Assembly (NCBI GenBank): GCA_965216465.1
Contig: CBDCFW010000001.1
Location: forward strand, 319,020 to 383,019
DNA: 64,000 bases
Direction: 5' to 3'
From: Bacteroidia bacterium
GTDB lineage: Bacteria; Bacteroidota; Bacteroidia; NS11-12g; UBA9320
A model generated the notes under the pieces. The model did no database searches, had not been told where the DNA came from, and worked only from the letters and a program-made list of their open reading frames with translations. The translations under genes and the position numbers were made by a program. Shown here piece after piece: positions 1 to 10,268 of this stretch; the stretch's first letter is position 1, and the number at the start of each line of letters is the position of its first letter.

Positions 1-2640
1 GATTTCACGCTCAATCGAACACTTAGTTGTGTTGGTGATACTTTCGTTGCAATCAACATAACAGATAACAACCCTAGCCTAATTAAATGGGAAGTCGAAC
101 CTGCAGCCAAAGCAACTGTCGACTCTATCAATCCTAACGAGATAAGAATCATACCTAATGACACAGGTTTTATCGACATCAAACTCATCACGGGAAAAAA
201 CAATTATTGCTTCGACACCTTAACAAGAACTATAGAAGTAAGTAACCTTGCTGCTGATTTTTCAATAAGCGATACGAATGTATATTGTGCTCCGAGCACC
301 GTGACATTTACTAACCTTTCACTAAACGCAGATACGCTTCATTGGTTTTTTGGTGATCAGAATCAACTCAAAACCACCAATGACACGTCCGCAACCCATA
401 CATACTCACTTAACAGTGATTCTACAGGTTACGATGTCAGTCTTATTGCCATTAGTTCGTATGGATGCAGAGATACAATTACAAAGAGAGGAGCAGTAAA
501 AGTTAATGGCCCGATTGCAAACTTTGACGTTTCTGCTAAAATTGGTTGCGAGCCCTTTGTTGTTTCATTTACTAACTTGAGTAAGTTTTACGACAGCACA
601 ATTATATTTTATGGTTTCGGTTTTAAACCTGACACCAATGAGTTTAGTACGCATACATACTATAACACATCCGACAAACTGCTTCAAAACTACACTCCAA
701 TACTAACAGTTATAGATTCAACAGGTTGTCGTGCTACCTTTGTTGGACCGACAGTAAAACCCGCAAATGTCCCCGAATCTGCAATTTCTTTAGATCCAGA
801 CACGTCAATATGCCGGGGTGAGTCCATTTTCTGTTCGGACACTGGTCTATACGGTACTACTTGGAAATGGTATGTAGAAAATAATTTGGTCGCAACGAGA
901 AAGAGCGAAAACATTGAATTCAATCAATACGGTAGCAACGAATTAGTGCTCATCTCAGAAAACCAATATGGATGTAAGGACACAACTAAACGTACAATCA
1001 CAGTATTAGAGTCACCAGATTTTGTTTTCGATGCACCCCAATTTTTATGTGCCAATAAACCTCTAAATATTGAGGTCTTGGTTGATACTCCTCCTCACCC
1101 ATTAAACTACATCTGGGATTTTGGAGAGCCGTCGAACCCCGACAACAACCAAACTACAATCGGCAACTCTGCTGTAATTACTTATGCTACAAGCGGTACG
1201 AAACGCATAAAAGCTCAGGCAAGTCTAAGCAACGGCTGCTCCGTACCTGATTCTATAGAAATTGAGATTTTCGACCCTGTAAACATTCCTGTTGTTAAAC
1301 TAGAAATGGTTAGTTTTAACGATCAGAATCAAGTATTTATTCAACACGAAGATGTTGTATTTGATTACCTTAAAAATTTCAATATTCTCAGAGACAATAT
1401 TGCAATTAAGCAACAAGATCTAAATGCCGATCGACGCTTAATCGACTCATTCCCGATAACATCGCAAAAGAGTTGTTACAACATTTCGGTAATTGATCAA
1501 TGCGATAATGAAGGACTATCTGATCGTGACCACTGTCCTGTAATTCTGAACCTAAACAACGGAGGAAGTAAAAATATAGAGCTAAATTGGTCATATTACA
1601 TCGGATGGGATCTAGTTGACAAATACGAAATATACCGTAAGGCTCCAGGTGAGAATTTTATTAAAATTGGTGAAGTGTTAAACACAGCAAGGTCATTTAC
1701 CGATACTTCCTCTCTTTGTAATTTCGAATTCTCGTACAAAATTGCTGCTCTCAAAAGTGGAGAAGATTTAGTTTCTTATAGCAACATTGAAACAACTGTT
1801 CCGTTTTACATCACCAATGACATTCCAAATGAAATTACAGTAGTTTCGGTTAGCAATAATGATATAGAGGTACTATGGACCCCAAGCAGTTTTGCTGGAC
1901 ATGAAAAATACAAGCTTTTCAAGTATGAAAATAGTTTGAATAACCTGGTTGATTCGTTTGAAACAACAAATACGCAATATTTAGACAACAACGTAGATAT
2001 TGATAATAACAACTACTTCTATCGATTACAAGATATTGACCAATGCCAAAATGCTACAGATGCAATTAACTACGGAAATTCTATTTTACTCGTTGCTAAA
2101 ACTGACCAATTCACATCTACTTTAAATTGGAATAAATACGAAGACTGGGTGCCCGCATACACCAACAATATTGTTGAGTACATTGGACCAAATGGCCCAG
2201 AACAACTTACGCAATTAGGTCCTAATCAACTGACCTTCAAAGATCAGGAGATACATGAAGACATCGATGGATATTATACTTATCGTGTTTATGCTTTGAA
2301 CGAAGCCGGTGACAAAAGCTATTCAAATATTGTAAAAACTCAAGGTACATCTGTACACCATATCCCAACGGCATTTAGTCCAAACGCAGATGGCACCAAC
2401 GATGAATTCAAATATTTTACGCTTTTCATCTCCAATGATGTTGATAACAACGATTTTGAAATTAGCATTTATAACAGATGGGGCAGTAAAGTATTTGGAA
2501 GTAATAATGTAACTGAATATTGGGATGGAAACTCAAATGGGAATCCTCAACCTCAAGGCGTATATCTATATCAAATTAAGATAACAGACAATGCAGGTCG
2601 GATATACAATCACAGCGGCTTATTACACCTTCTGCGTTAA
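1..2640 (+). CDS. PKD/Fn3-repeat surface protein with T9SS type B (gliding-motility-associated) C-terminal domain; 5'-truncated by the window edge
   Basis: Frame 1 is open from base 1 (DFTLNRTLSCVGD...). PKD-type motifs (WFFGD, YIWDFGE, GCRDTITK). C-terminal HIPTAFSPNADGTNDEF...IYNRWG...WDG...GVYLY...LHLLR is typical of a type B CTD. Confidence 0.85.
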   Translation, partial: DFTLNRTLSCVGDTFVAINITDNNPSLIKWEVEPAAKATVDSINPNEIRIIPNDTGFIDIKLITGKNNYCFDTLTRTIEVSNLAADFSISDTNVYCAPSTVTFTNLSLNADTLHWFFGDQNQLKTTNDTSATHTYSLNSDSTGYDVSLIAISSYGCRDTITKRGAVKVNGPIANFDVSAKIGCEPFVVSFTNLSKFYDSTIIFYGFGFKPDTNEFSTHTYYNTSDKLLQNYTPILTVIDSTGCRATFVGPTVKPANVPESAISLDPDTSICRGESIFCSDTGLYGTTWKWYVENNLVATRKSENIEFNQYGSNELVLISENQYGCKDTTKRTITVLESPDFVFDAPQFLCANKPLNIEVLVDTPPHPLNYIWDFGEPSNPDNNQTTIGNSAVITYATSGTKRIKAQASLSNGCSVPDSIEIEIFDPVNIPVVKLEMVSFNDQNQVFIQHEDVVFDYLKNFNILRDNIAIKQQDLNADRRLIDSFPITSQKSCYNISVIDQCDNEGLSDRDHCPVILNLNNGGSKNIELNWSYYIGWDLVDKYEIYRKAPGENFIKIGEVLNTARSFTDTSSLCNFEFSYKIAALKSGEDLVSYSNIETTVPFYITNDIPNEITVVSVSNNDIEVLWTPSSFAGHEKYKLFKYENSLNNLVDSFETTNTQYLDNNVDIDNNNYFYRLQDIDQCQNATDAINYGNSILLVAKTDQFTSTLNWNKYEDWVPAYTNNIVEYIGPNGPEQLTQLGPNQLTFKDQEIHEDIDGYYTYRVYALNEAGDKSYSNIVKTQGTSVHHIPTAFSPNADGTNDEFKYFTLFISNDVDNNDFEISIYNRWGSKVFGSNNVTEYWDGNSNGNPQPQGVYLYQIKITDNAGRIYNHSGLLHLLR

Positions 2641-2681
2641 CGTCGAAATCAAATTTTAGTAAGTGCCTAAAATAAGAAGTG

Positions 2682-3224
2682 CTAAACTAGCACCTCCCCT
2701 TTCATCGAATAGTAGCTCAACGAAATGGTATTGAAAGTCTCTGTTTCCTGATTAAAAACATCACACTTTGTAATTGGTTTTTGGTACAAATGAAGGCTCA
2801 TGGCACGTTCCCCTGAAACATTTTCTAAAGTATGGTAGATCTTATTGTCTTCAACAAATGTCGTTTGGTTGATTTCAAGCAGTTCATTCGAGACACGAGT
2901 AAGCTCATTGTTTTTCATCATATATTGCTCTTCCCTAAACTCACCTGAAATAACCTGAACCCAACATTCTTGCTGATCGTGGCTATGTATTTTTGTGATT
3001 TGATCTGGCTCCCAACACAACAGCAATAGTTCAAACTCTTCGTTTTTAGCTATACAATTACGGGTGTAAAATTTAGAGTTCCAATTTATATAAGGATGTA
3101 GCTCCTCAATATCAATCTCTAGGTGATCCAGTTTTTCAATTTGCGAAATGTCTTCACCTTGCTCCAACCTATTTATCAGATCTTTCAGGCTTGTCACTTC
3201 TTGTTTCCCAACGCTTCCTTCCAT
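2682..3224 (-). CDS. cdo: Cysteine dioxygenase (CDO type I, cupin)
   Basis: YTRN (Arg60 equivalent), LLCWEP, IHSH (two Fe-binding His), YHTLEN (third His) and SLHLY (Ser-His-Tyr triad). Confidence 0.9.
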   Translation of the reverse strand: MEGSVGKQEVTSLKDLINRLEQGEDISQIEKLDHLEIDIEELHPYINWNSKFYTRNCIAKNEEFELLLLCWEPDQITKIHSHDQQECWVQVISGEFREEQYMMKNNELTRVSNELLEINQTTFVEDNKIYHTLENVSGERAMSLHLYQKPITKCDVFNQETETFNTISLSYYSMKGEVLV

Positions 3225-3239
3225 AACACTTTATGCTCT

Positions 3240-3247
3240 CAAAGGTA
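3240..3247 (-). promoter_or_regulatory. Bacteroidota -7 promoter element for cdo
   Basis: CAAAGGTA on the + strand = TACCTTTG on the - strand (TAnnTTTG consensus), 15 nt upstream of the ATG. Confidence 0.6.
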
Positions 3248-3307
3248 ACAAACAATATGAATAGTTGTTTATGTCATTAATTATATCAAATTTTGACAGC
3301 TCAATTT

Positions 3308-4651
3308 ATGCAACACGAGTTAAAGTTTTTTGAACAACTTGTTTCAAAACTTCTACAAGAAGAAAAAAAAGAACCGGTGGTAACTCCACTTGATCCCAAA
3401 ACATTAAACCAACAACTAAATCTAGAATTTGAAGACCAGGGCCTAGACCAAAAAGATTGGGAAGATCTCGTTGAATCCGTTGTTCTCAACACTCCTCGTA
3501 CCGCTAGTAGTCTCTTTTTTAATCAATTGTTCGGAGGCCGTCAACCAAAGGCGGTTTTAGGAGACCTGCTCGCTGTGGTTCTTAACAACAGTATGTATAC
3601 CTACAAAGTTGCGGGACCCCAAGTTGGAATTGAAAAAGCAATAATGCATAAAGTTTGTGCTCTAGTTGGCTATCAGCATGGTGATGGCACCATTGCACCT
3701 GGAGGAAGCATGAGCAATCTCATGGCCATGTTAATGGGAAGAGATGCGAAAGACAAAGACATTAGATACAAAGGAGGTAATACCCATATGACCCTGTATA
3801 CTTCTCAAGAATCGCATTATTCAATTCCAAAAAACGCTGCTTTCATGGGTATCGGAACCGAACAAGTACGAAAAGTAAAAACCGACGAATTTGGAAAGAT
3901 GGATGTCAACCATCTTAATGAACTTGTAGAGCAAGATATAGCACAAGGACTTCAACCATTTTTTGTGAATGCTACAGCCGGAACCACTGTTCTTGGGGCC
4001 TTTGATGACATAGATGCCATTTCTGAGGTTTGTAAAAAGCACAACTTGTGGCTTCACGTAGACGGGGCTTATTGTGGGGCTGTAATCTTTAGCAACAAAT
4101 ACAAGCACCTGCTAAATGGAGTTGAAAAAAGCGATTCATTTAGCTTCAACGCACATAAGATGTTAGGGACGCCGTTAACATGCTCAATTGTTGTAACCAA
4201 ACATCGTGAAGCATTGTACGACTCTTTCTCTATGGAAGCAGACTATTTATACCAAACCGACATTGACGATTATAATCTAGGAAAAATCTCTTTGCAATGC
4301 GGACGAAGAAACGATGCCCTTAAACTTTGGACCTTGTGGAAGTCAGTAGGTAATATTGGTCTTGAAGAGATGGTGAATACTCAATTTGAACTTGCTGACA
4401 TCGCTCGAGAATATGTAAGCAATCATCCTGATTACAAACTTTACAGCTACCCAGCCTCTGTTTCAGTATGCTTCAATTACAAAGACATACCTGCAGATGA
4501 CCTTTGCACTAAACTCTACGAAAGTGCCTCAACTTTAGTTGGTTATGGCAAATTTAGAGAAGATGAATTTGTTAGGCTAATAACAATTAATGCCAACAAT
4601 AGCAAAGATCAAATTATCAACTTCTTTAAAGCTTTGGAAGAAGGAGCCTAG
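3308..4651 (+). CDS. Group II PLP-dependent decarboxylase, probable cysteine sulfinic acid/cysteate decarboxylase
   Basis: FFNQLFGG, PGGSMSN, SHYS, ATAGTTVLGAFD, WLHVDGAY, FNAHK (PLP lysine) and QCGRRNDALKLW. CSAD-type F-x19-S-x-Y motif. In-frame ATG at 3308 preferred over TTG 3293. Confidence 0.85.
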   Translation: MQHELKFFEQLVSKLLQEEKKEPVVTPLDPKTLNQQLNLEFEDQGLDQKDWEDLVESVVLNTPRTASSLFFNQLFGGRQPKAVLGDLLAVVLNNSMYTYKVAGPQVGIEKAIMHKVCALVGYQHGDGTIAPGGSMSNLMAMLMGRDAKDKDIRYKGGNTHMTLYTSQESHYSIPKNAAFMGIGTEQVRKVKTDEFGKMDVNHLNELVEQDIAQGLQPFFVNATAGTTVLGAFDDIDAISEVCKKHNLWLHVDGAYCGAVIFSNKYKHLLNGVEKSDSFSFNAHKMLGTPLTCSIVVTKHREALYDSFSMEADYLYQTDIDDYNLGKISLQCGRRNDALKLWTLWKSVGNIGLEEMVNTQFELADIAREYVSNHPDYKLYSYPASVSVCFNYKDIPADDLCTKLYESASTLVGYGKFREDEFVRLITINANNSKDQIINFFKALEEGA

Positions 4652-6093
4652 CCTCTCATAAACTTTACAAGTTTCTCGATTTCATAAGACCAAATCTTAT
4701 CGCTGTCGCTAATGTCAGCTACTGATTTCACCTTTTCAACAAAAGACTCTATAGTTTTAGAAGACTTTAATGGTCTTCTAAACTCTAACGCCTTTGCTCC
4801 GGTTAGTAATTCTATAGCCTGTATGCGTTCAACATTCTCAATAACACGTAAGCATTTAGTAGCGGCGTTTGCCCCCATGCTTACATGATCTTCTTGGCCA
4901 TTGCTACTATCAATGGTATCAATACTGCTTGGTGTACACAATTGCTTATTCTGACTTACAATACTGGCTGCAGTGTATTGAGTTATCATCAATCCACTCT
5001 CTAATCCAGGGTTCCCTGTCAAGAATGGTGGTAGGTTTCTATTTCCTTCAACCAATCGGTATAATCTTCTTTCAGCAATACTTCCTATCTCGGCCATAGC
5101 AATAGCTAAAAAATCTAGATTTAGTGCCAATGGCTGACCGTGAAAGTTTCCTGCACTCAGCACCAAATCTTCATCAGGAAAAACATTTGGATTATCTGTA
5201 ACACTGTTTATTTCCGTTTCGAATACCGCTTTTACTGCTCGATAAACATCTTTACTAGCCCCGTGTACTTGTGGTACACACCTAAAACTGTAAGGGTCTT
5301 GAACATGAACTTTCTCCTGAGTTATTATTTCACTTCCTTCAAGATAATTTAAAATATTCGACGCGGTTTCAAGTTGTCCTTGATGAGGTCTAATGCGGTG
5401 ACTAAATGCTAAAAATGGTTCAATCCTACCGTCATACGCATCAATACACATTGCTGCTAGCTTATCAGCATTTTCAAGAATCTTTTTCGCTCTAAACAAG
5501 CAATGCAATCCATATGCCTGCATAAATTGAGTTCCATTTATTAGTGCTAATCCTTCCTTAGGTCCTAATTTCAAATCACTAGAACTAGGGGCTACCTTGT
5601 CGAGTCCGCTCCAAATTTCACCTTCACCAATTAAGGGCAAACTCAAGTGAGATAAAGGAGCTAAATCTCCACTTGCACCTAAGCTTCCTAGTTGATATAC
5701 AACAGGAATAGTATCGGAATTATAAAACTCAATTAGCTTTTCTACTGTAGCTAGTTGAACACCACTATGTCCGTAACTTAGGCTTTGCGCCTTAAGCAAC
5801 AGCATAATTTTAACTACCTCTTTTGGAACATAATCTCCTGTGCCACAGGCATGTGAGCGTAGCAAGTTAAGCTGAAGATCTGCAAGATTTTCTTTGCTAA
5901 CCTCTTTGTTATAAAGTGACCCAAAACCGGTATTTACGCCATATATTGGAGGCCCCGGTTGTTGTACTTTATTCAGTAAGTAAGTATTACACTTTTCAAT
6001 TTTGTTCTTAGCTTCTTGAGATAAGCTAATTGGCTCGCCGCTTTCAACAATTCGTTGTAAATCTTCTAGGCTATGATGTTCTGCTAATTCCAT
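4648..6093 (-). CDS. hutH: Histidine ammonia-lyase
   Basis: IYGVNTGFG, LLRSHACG, GASGDLAPL (MIO-forming ASG), KEGLALING, VQDPYSFRC, NFHG and NGQEDHVSMG. Confidence 0.95.
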   Translation of the reverse strand: MELAEHHSLEDLQRIVESGEPISLSQEAKNKIEKCNTYLLNKVQQPGPPIYGVNTGFGSLYNKEVSKENLADLQLNLLRSHACGTGDYVPKEVVKIMLLLKAQSLSYGHSGVQLATVEKLIEFYNSDTIPVVYQLGSLGASGDLAPLSHLSLPLIGEGEIWSGLDKVAPSSSDLKLGPKEGLALINGTQFMQAYGLHCLFRAKKILENADKLAAMCIDAYDGRIEPFLAFSHRIRPHQGQLETASNILNYLEGSEIITQEKVHVQDPYSFRCVPQVHGASKDVYRAVKAVFETEINSVTDNPNVFPDEDLVLSAGNFHGQPLALNLDFLAIAMAEIGSIAERRLYRLVEGNRNLPPFLTGNPGLESGLMITQYTAASIVSQNKQLCTPSSIDTIDSSNGQEDHVSMGANAATKCLRVIENVERIQAIELLTGAKALEFRRPLKSSKTIESFVEKVKSVADISDSDKIWSYEIEKLVKFMRG

Positions 6094-6145
6094 CCGCGGC
6101 AAATATCTAAAATAATTAGAGTTTGCTGCACGCGCGTCTTAGATT

Positions 6146-6910
6146 TTAAGAATTTCGGCTCTCTAAGATTAACTTGGTAATAACCTGTTTTGTGTTCTCA
6201 GGAAAATCACCCTGCATCATCCAATCGTAGTAACCCCGATTGGTTTTAAACACATCAACAACCTTTTGGCCTTTGTATTTTCCAAAATTGAAGTAAGCCA
6301 CGTTTCCATCTCCGCGCTTAATTCTTCGAGCAAAATCAAAAAATTCGCTTTCACCGGAAAATGCATGAAGAAAGTCAATATCTCCCTCTATTTCATCGTA
6401 GTGATTTACTTGTGCTTTAATAACTTCCCAAGTCGCAACCGTATCAGCTTTAGCACTATGGGCATCGGTCAATTCTTTGTTGCAGAAGAACTTATAAGCA
6501 GCTGTTAGATTTCTTGGTTCCATTTTATGGAAAATTCTTTGAGCATCAATAAACTTTCTATCCGTGTTAAAATTTACACCTGCTCGATAAAACTCTTCCG
6601 CAAGCATTGGAAAATCAAAGCGATTGCTATTGAATCCTCCAAAATCGCAATTTTGCATAAACCCATTAAGTTCATTTGCCAAATCCGAAAATGTCGGCTT
6701 ATCTGCAACATCCTTATCCCAAATACCATGAATTTGAGATACTTCAGGAGGAATTGGAATTGTTGGATTAACTAGATGATGAAGGTGCTCTTCTTGACCA
6801 TCGGGCTGAATTTTAATGCAATAAAGTTCAACAATTCGATCTGTTGCAATTTGAATTCCCGTAGTCTCAAGATCAAATACTATAAGTGGTTTAGTTAGTT
6901 TGATATTCAC
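6146..6910 (-). CDS. DEDDh 3'-5' exonuclease (DNA polymerase III epsilon-like)
   Basis: VFDLETTG, IHGI, FNSNRFDFPML, AHSAKADT and C-terminal FNFGKYKG. Confidence 0.9.
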   Translation of the reverse strand: MNIKLTKPLIVFDLETTGIQIATDRIVELYCIKIQPDGQEEHLHHLVNPTIPIPPEVSQIHGIWDKDVADKPTFSDLANELNGFMQNCDFGGFNSNRFDFPMLAEEFYRAGVNFNTDRKFIDAQRIFHKMEPRNLTAAYKFFCNKELTDAHSAKADTVATWEVIKAQVNHYDEIEGDIDFLHAFSGESEFFDFARRIKRGDGNVAYFNFGKYKGQKVVDVFKTNRGYYDWMMQGDFPENTKQVITKLILESRNS

Positions 6911-6961
6911 ACAGCGAATGTAGCCAAGTTCAAGTGAACACCCTATATATTCAAGAAATAA

Positions 6962-9388
6962 TTAGCTCTCTAGCATCCTTTTAACCCGATCTGAAATACT
7001 CTCATTGCTTATGCGATCTCTGCTTAAACTGTCAACGAGCAAAGGAAAAGACAGCGGTGAGGGGCGTTTGATATACTTTAGTATAATTTCCTGGCTATCA
7101 ATCCTTTCTAAAGCTTGTCTAATTCTATTTACTTCTAACTGGTAGTACAGCACTTCTTCATTTGCTTGCTGCAAAAGGAGATTATTTGGGTCATATTCAT
7201 TAAAAACTTCAAAGAACAACATTGAATGACTTTGAAGGTGTCGTTCTTTCACCTCTTTATTTGGAAACCCTCTAAAGGTTAAACCTGAAATAGCTGCAAT
7301 CTCTCTAAACTTCTTGCCAGCAAGTGCCGTCATGTTGCTACTGTTTTGAATATCTTGGAGCAGGTTCTTTGAAGTAAACCAATCTTCTTCTAAGGCTTCC
7401 ATCAACGGAATTTCTTGGTCGCTCAGCAACTCAAATCCATAGTCGTTCATACCCAACGACAAACTAATTTTTGTAAGCTTACTAATGCGATAGGCCAACA
7501 GTAGAGCAATTCCTTCATGCACCATTCTTCCTTCAAATGGATAAACATAAACATGGTGGCCCTCGTCATCTTCTAAATACTCAATTAACAGTTCGTTCGA
7601 CCTAGGAACAGCAGATATCGACGATTGCATTTTAACCAAGCCTTGTAATTTTTTTCCTTCGGGATTGAGCGTTTCTGGATTAAGCAGATGATCAAACTCA
7701 AGTCTCAGCATTTCAGCTATTTCGCTGCTCAAGCTCATTCTTCCTCCATTCCAAGATGGGATAACTGCCTTCTTCGAACCTCCTGGTTTAACGTATGCTG
7801 TTAGCCCTTTAACACGAACAAGCTCAAAAACCTGACCAGCGAAGATGAAATGATCTCCGATGTTGAGCCTTGATATAAAGTATTCCTCGATTGTACCCAA
7901 GCTCTTTCCGCGTTCTTTTTTTACGATCATTGCTGTTTCACCAACTATGGTTCCCATCGACAATCGATGACGCATGGCCACCCTCCTATCCACTACCTTA
8001 TATTTTCCCTCAATAAGTTTAACCTTATTGAAATCTTCATAGGCCTGTAGACTTTCTCCTCCTTGGGTGATGAAATGTAACACCCAATTAAAGTCTTCCC
8101 GTGTTATTGAATTATAACAATAAGTTGATTTCACTTCTTTAAAAACTTCCTCAGCATCAAAGCCATCAGAAACTGCCAATGTAACCAGGTATTGTACCAA
8201 TAAATCAAAAGCTCGTACTACAGGTATTCTACTTTCAATATAGCCTTTCTTTATGGATCTTTGAATCGCGGATGATTCAATTATTTCCAAAGAATTGGTA
8301 GGTAAAAAATAGATTTTTGAAGTGGCCGAAGGAGAATGTCCACTTCGACCAGCCCGCTGTAAGAAACGAGCTATGCCTTTAGGTGAACCGATTTGAATTA
8401 CAGCAGATACAGGTCGGAAATCAACACCGAGATCCAGACTGCTGGTGCTTACAACAGCCTTTAATTTCCCCTGGTGCAAAGCATCTTCAACCCAAGCCCG
8501 AACTTCTTTATTCAAACTGCCATGATGAAGTGCGATTAACCCTGCCAATTCGGGAAAAGAATCGAGCAGTTTTTGATACCAAATTTCGGCCTGCGAACGT
8601 GTGTTTGTAAATATTAAGGTAGATGTATTTTGCTCTACAATTGGAAGAACTTTTTTTAGCAATCTCACTCCTAGGTGACCAGCCCAGGGCATCTCCTCTA
8701 TCTTGTTGGGTAACAACGTAGCTATCTTTAGCTTTTTGGTGATTTTAGCCTTAACAATTGCCACCTGATCAACCGGGGTAGACCCCATCAATACTTGCAG
8801 CGCCTCCTCCATATTGCCAATGGTAGCAGATATGCCCCAAATTTTCAAATCGGGTTTAAAACTTTTCAACCTACTCAGAGCCAATTCTACTTGCACTCCT
8901 CGTTTGCTACTTAAAAGCTCATGCCATTCGTCAACTATAACTGCATCTAAATATTTGAAGAAACTTCGGTATCCCTTTCGAGCCAACATCAACATCAAAC
9001 TCTCAGGTGTTGTTACCAAGCAATCAGGACTGTTCTTTAATTGAGCTTGCTTTCGTGATGCAGAAATATCTCCACTCCTTCTTTCAATTTGCCATCCGGT
9101 ATTTAAATCATCTGCCGCTTCTTGAAGAGCATTAGTTATGTCGACCGACAGTGCTCTTAAGGGTGTGATCCATAACACTTTAAGGCCTTTTTTATAGTCG
9201 CCTTTTAATCTATCATTTAGTAAGAAAGGCAGCCCTAAAGCGTAAGTCTTTCCACTGCCTGTCGGAGCATTTAACAAGCCATGTTTGCCATCAAAAAAGT
9301 GACTAAGACATTCTTTCTGAAAATTGAACATTTTCCAGTTCCGGTTTTTAAACCAATCTTGAGCGATTTGTAAGGCTTCTTTTTGCAA
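6962..9388 (-). CDS. Lhr-core (ligase-associated DNA damage response) DEXH-box helicase; start uncertain
   Basis: APTGSGKT, ITPLRAL, VTTPES, VDEWHE, SATIGN, HHGSL, STSSLDLGVDF and QRAGRSGH. TTG 9388 chosen because the longer ORF overlaps the divergent prmA. Confidence 0.9.
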   Translation of the reverse strand: MQKEALQIAQDWFKNRNWKMFNFQKECLSHFFDGKHGLLNAPTGSGKTYALGLPFLLNDRLKGDYKKGLKVLWITPLRALSVDITNALQEAADDLNTGWQIERRSGDISASRKQAQLKNSPDCLVTTPESLMLMLARKGYRSFFKYLDAVIVDEWHELLSSKRGVQVELALSRLKSFKPDLKIWGISATIGNMEEALQVLMGSTPVDQVAIVKAKITKKLKIATLLPNKIEEMPWAGHLGVRLLKKVLPIVEQNTSTLIFTNTRSQAEIWYQKLLDSFPELAGLIALHHGSLNKEVRAWVEDALHQGKLKAVVSTSSLDLGVDFRPVSAVIQIGSPKGIARFLQRAGRSGHSPSATSKIYFLPTNSLEIIESSAIQRSIKKGYIESRIPVVRAFDLLVQYLVTLAVSDGFDAEEVFKEVKSTYCYNSITREDFNWVLHFITQGGESLQAYEDFNKVKLIEGKYKVVDRRVAMRHRLSMGTIVGETAMIVKKERGKSLGTIEEYFISRLNIGDHFIFAGQVFELVRVKGLTAYVKPGGSKKAVIPSWNGGRMSLSSEIAEMLRLEFDHLLNPETLNPEGKKLQGLVKMQSSISAVPRSNELLIEYLEDDEGHHVYVYPFEGRMVHEGIALLLAYRISKLTKISLSLGMNDYGFELLSDQEIPLMEALEEDWFTSKNLLQDIQNSSNMTALAGKKFREIAAISGLTFRGFPNKEVKERHLQSHSMLFFEVFNEYDPNNLLLQQANEEVLYYQLEVNRIRQALERIDSQEIILKYIKRPSPLSFPLLVDSLSRDRISNESISDRVKRMLES

Positions 9389-9451
9389 CGAATTGTTAGC
9401 AAGTTTAGGATTAATACTCTTAATCTCAAAGTAATATTGTAACCTTAATTG

Positions 9452-10267
9452 ATGAATTATACCGCCGTACAAATAGTATGTGAAAGTGATATAGCAGACA
9501 CCATTTCTTTCCTATTGCAAGAAGAGGGATACCTTGGAACTTCATACGAAAAAGGGATGCTCGTAGGTTATATCGAACAAGAAAATTTCGATCGCAAGAC
9601 TATTGACGAACTGCTCCAAAATTTCAATCTAATTCCTGAACGAATTTTTGACCTACCTGAACAAAATTGGAACCAACTGTGGGAAGACAATTTTAAGGAT
9701 TCATGGATAGGTAAAAGTATTCATGTAAGAGCACCATTTCAACCAAAAGTTGAAGTTAAACACGATATAGTTATTAGTCCAAAAATGGCATTTGGTACTG
9801 GCCATCATGAAACAACCAAACTTTCTGCCTTATCTCTCGAGAAACTAAACTGTGAAAATAGCGTAGTACTTGATATGGGCTGCGGAAGCGGAATTTTAGC
9901 CATTTTAGCAGATCAGAAAGAAGCCGAAAAGGTCATTGCAATCGATTATGATATCAATTCTGTGGAGAATGCTCGCGAAAATGTGCAATTAAACGGCTGC
10001 CAAAACGTTGAAGTAATGCAAGGTGATAATATTACATCACTGACCGATAAATTTGACATTATCGTAAGTAACATTGTAAAGAACATTAATTTGAGTTTAT
10101 TGCCCCAGTTTGTTGATAAACTTAAGGCTAGCGGTACCCTTATACTGTGTGGATTCTTAGCTGAAGACCTAAATCAATTGGTTCAAGAAGCTGAGGCACA
10201 CAATTTGAAACTCATAGAACAGAACACAGACAACAACTGGCTTCAAACCCGGTTTGAAAGAAAATAA
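9452..10267 (+). CDS. prmA: 50S ribosomal protein L11 methyltransferase
   Basis: NWNQLWE, ISPKMAFGTGHHETT and VLDMGCGSGILAI. Confidence 0.95.
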   Translation: MNYTAVQIVCESDIADTISFLLQEEGYLGTSYEKGMLVGYIEQENFDRKTIDELLQNFNLIPERIFDLPEQNWNQLWEDNFKDSWIGKSIHVRAPFQPKVEVKHDIVISPKMAFGTGHHETTKLSALSLEKLNCENSVVLDMGCGSGILAILADQKEAEKVIAIDYDINSVENARENVQLNGCQNVEVMQGDNITSLTDKFDIIVSNIVKNINLSLLPQFVDKLKASGTLILCGFLAEDLNQLVQEAEAHNLKLIEQNTDNNWLQTRFERK

Positions 10268-10268
10268 T

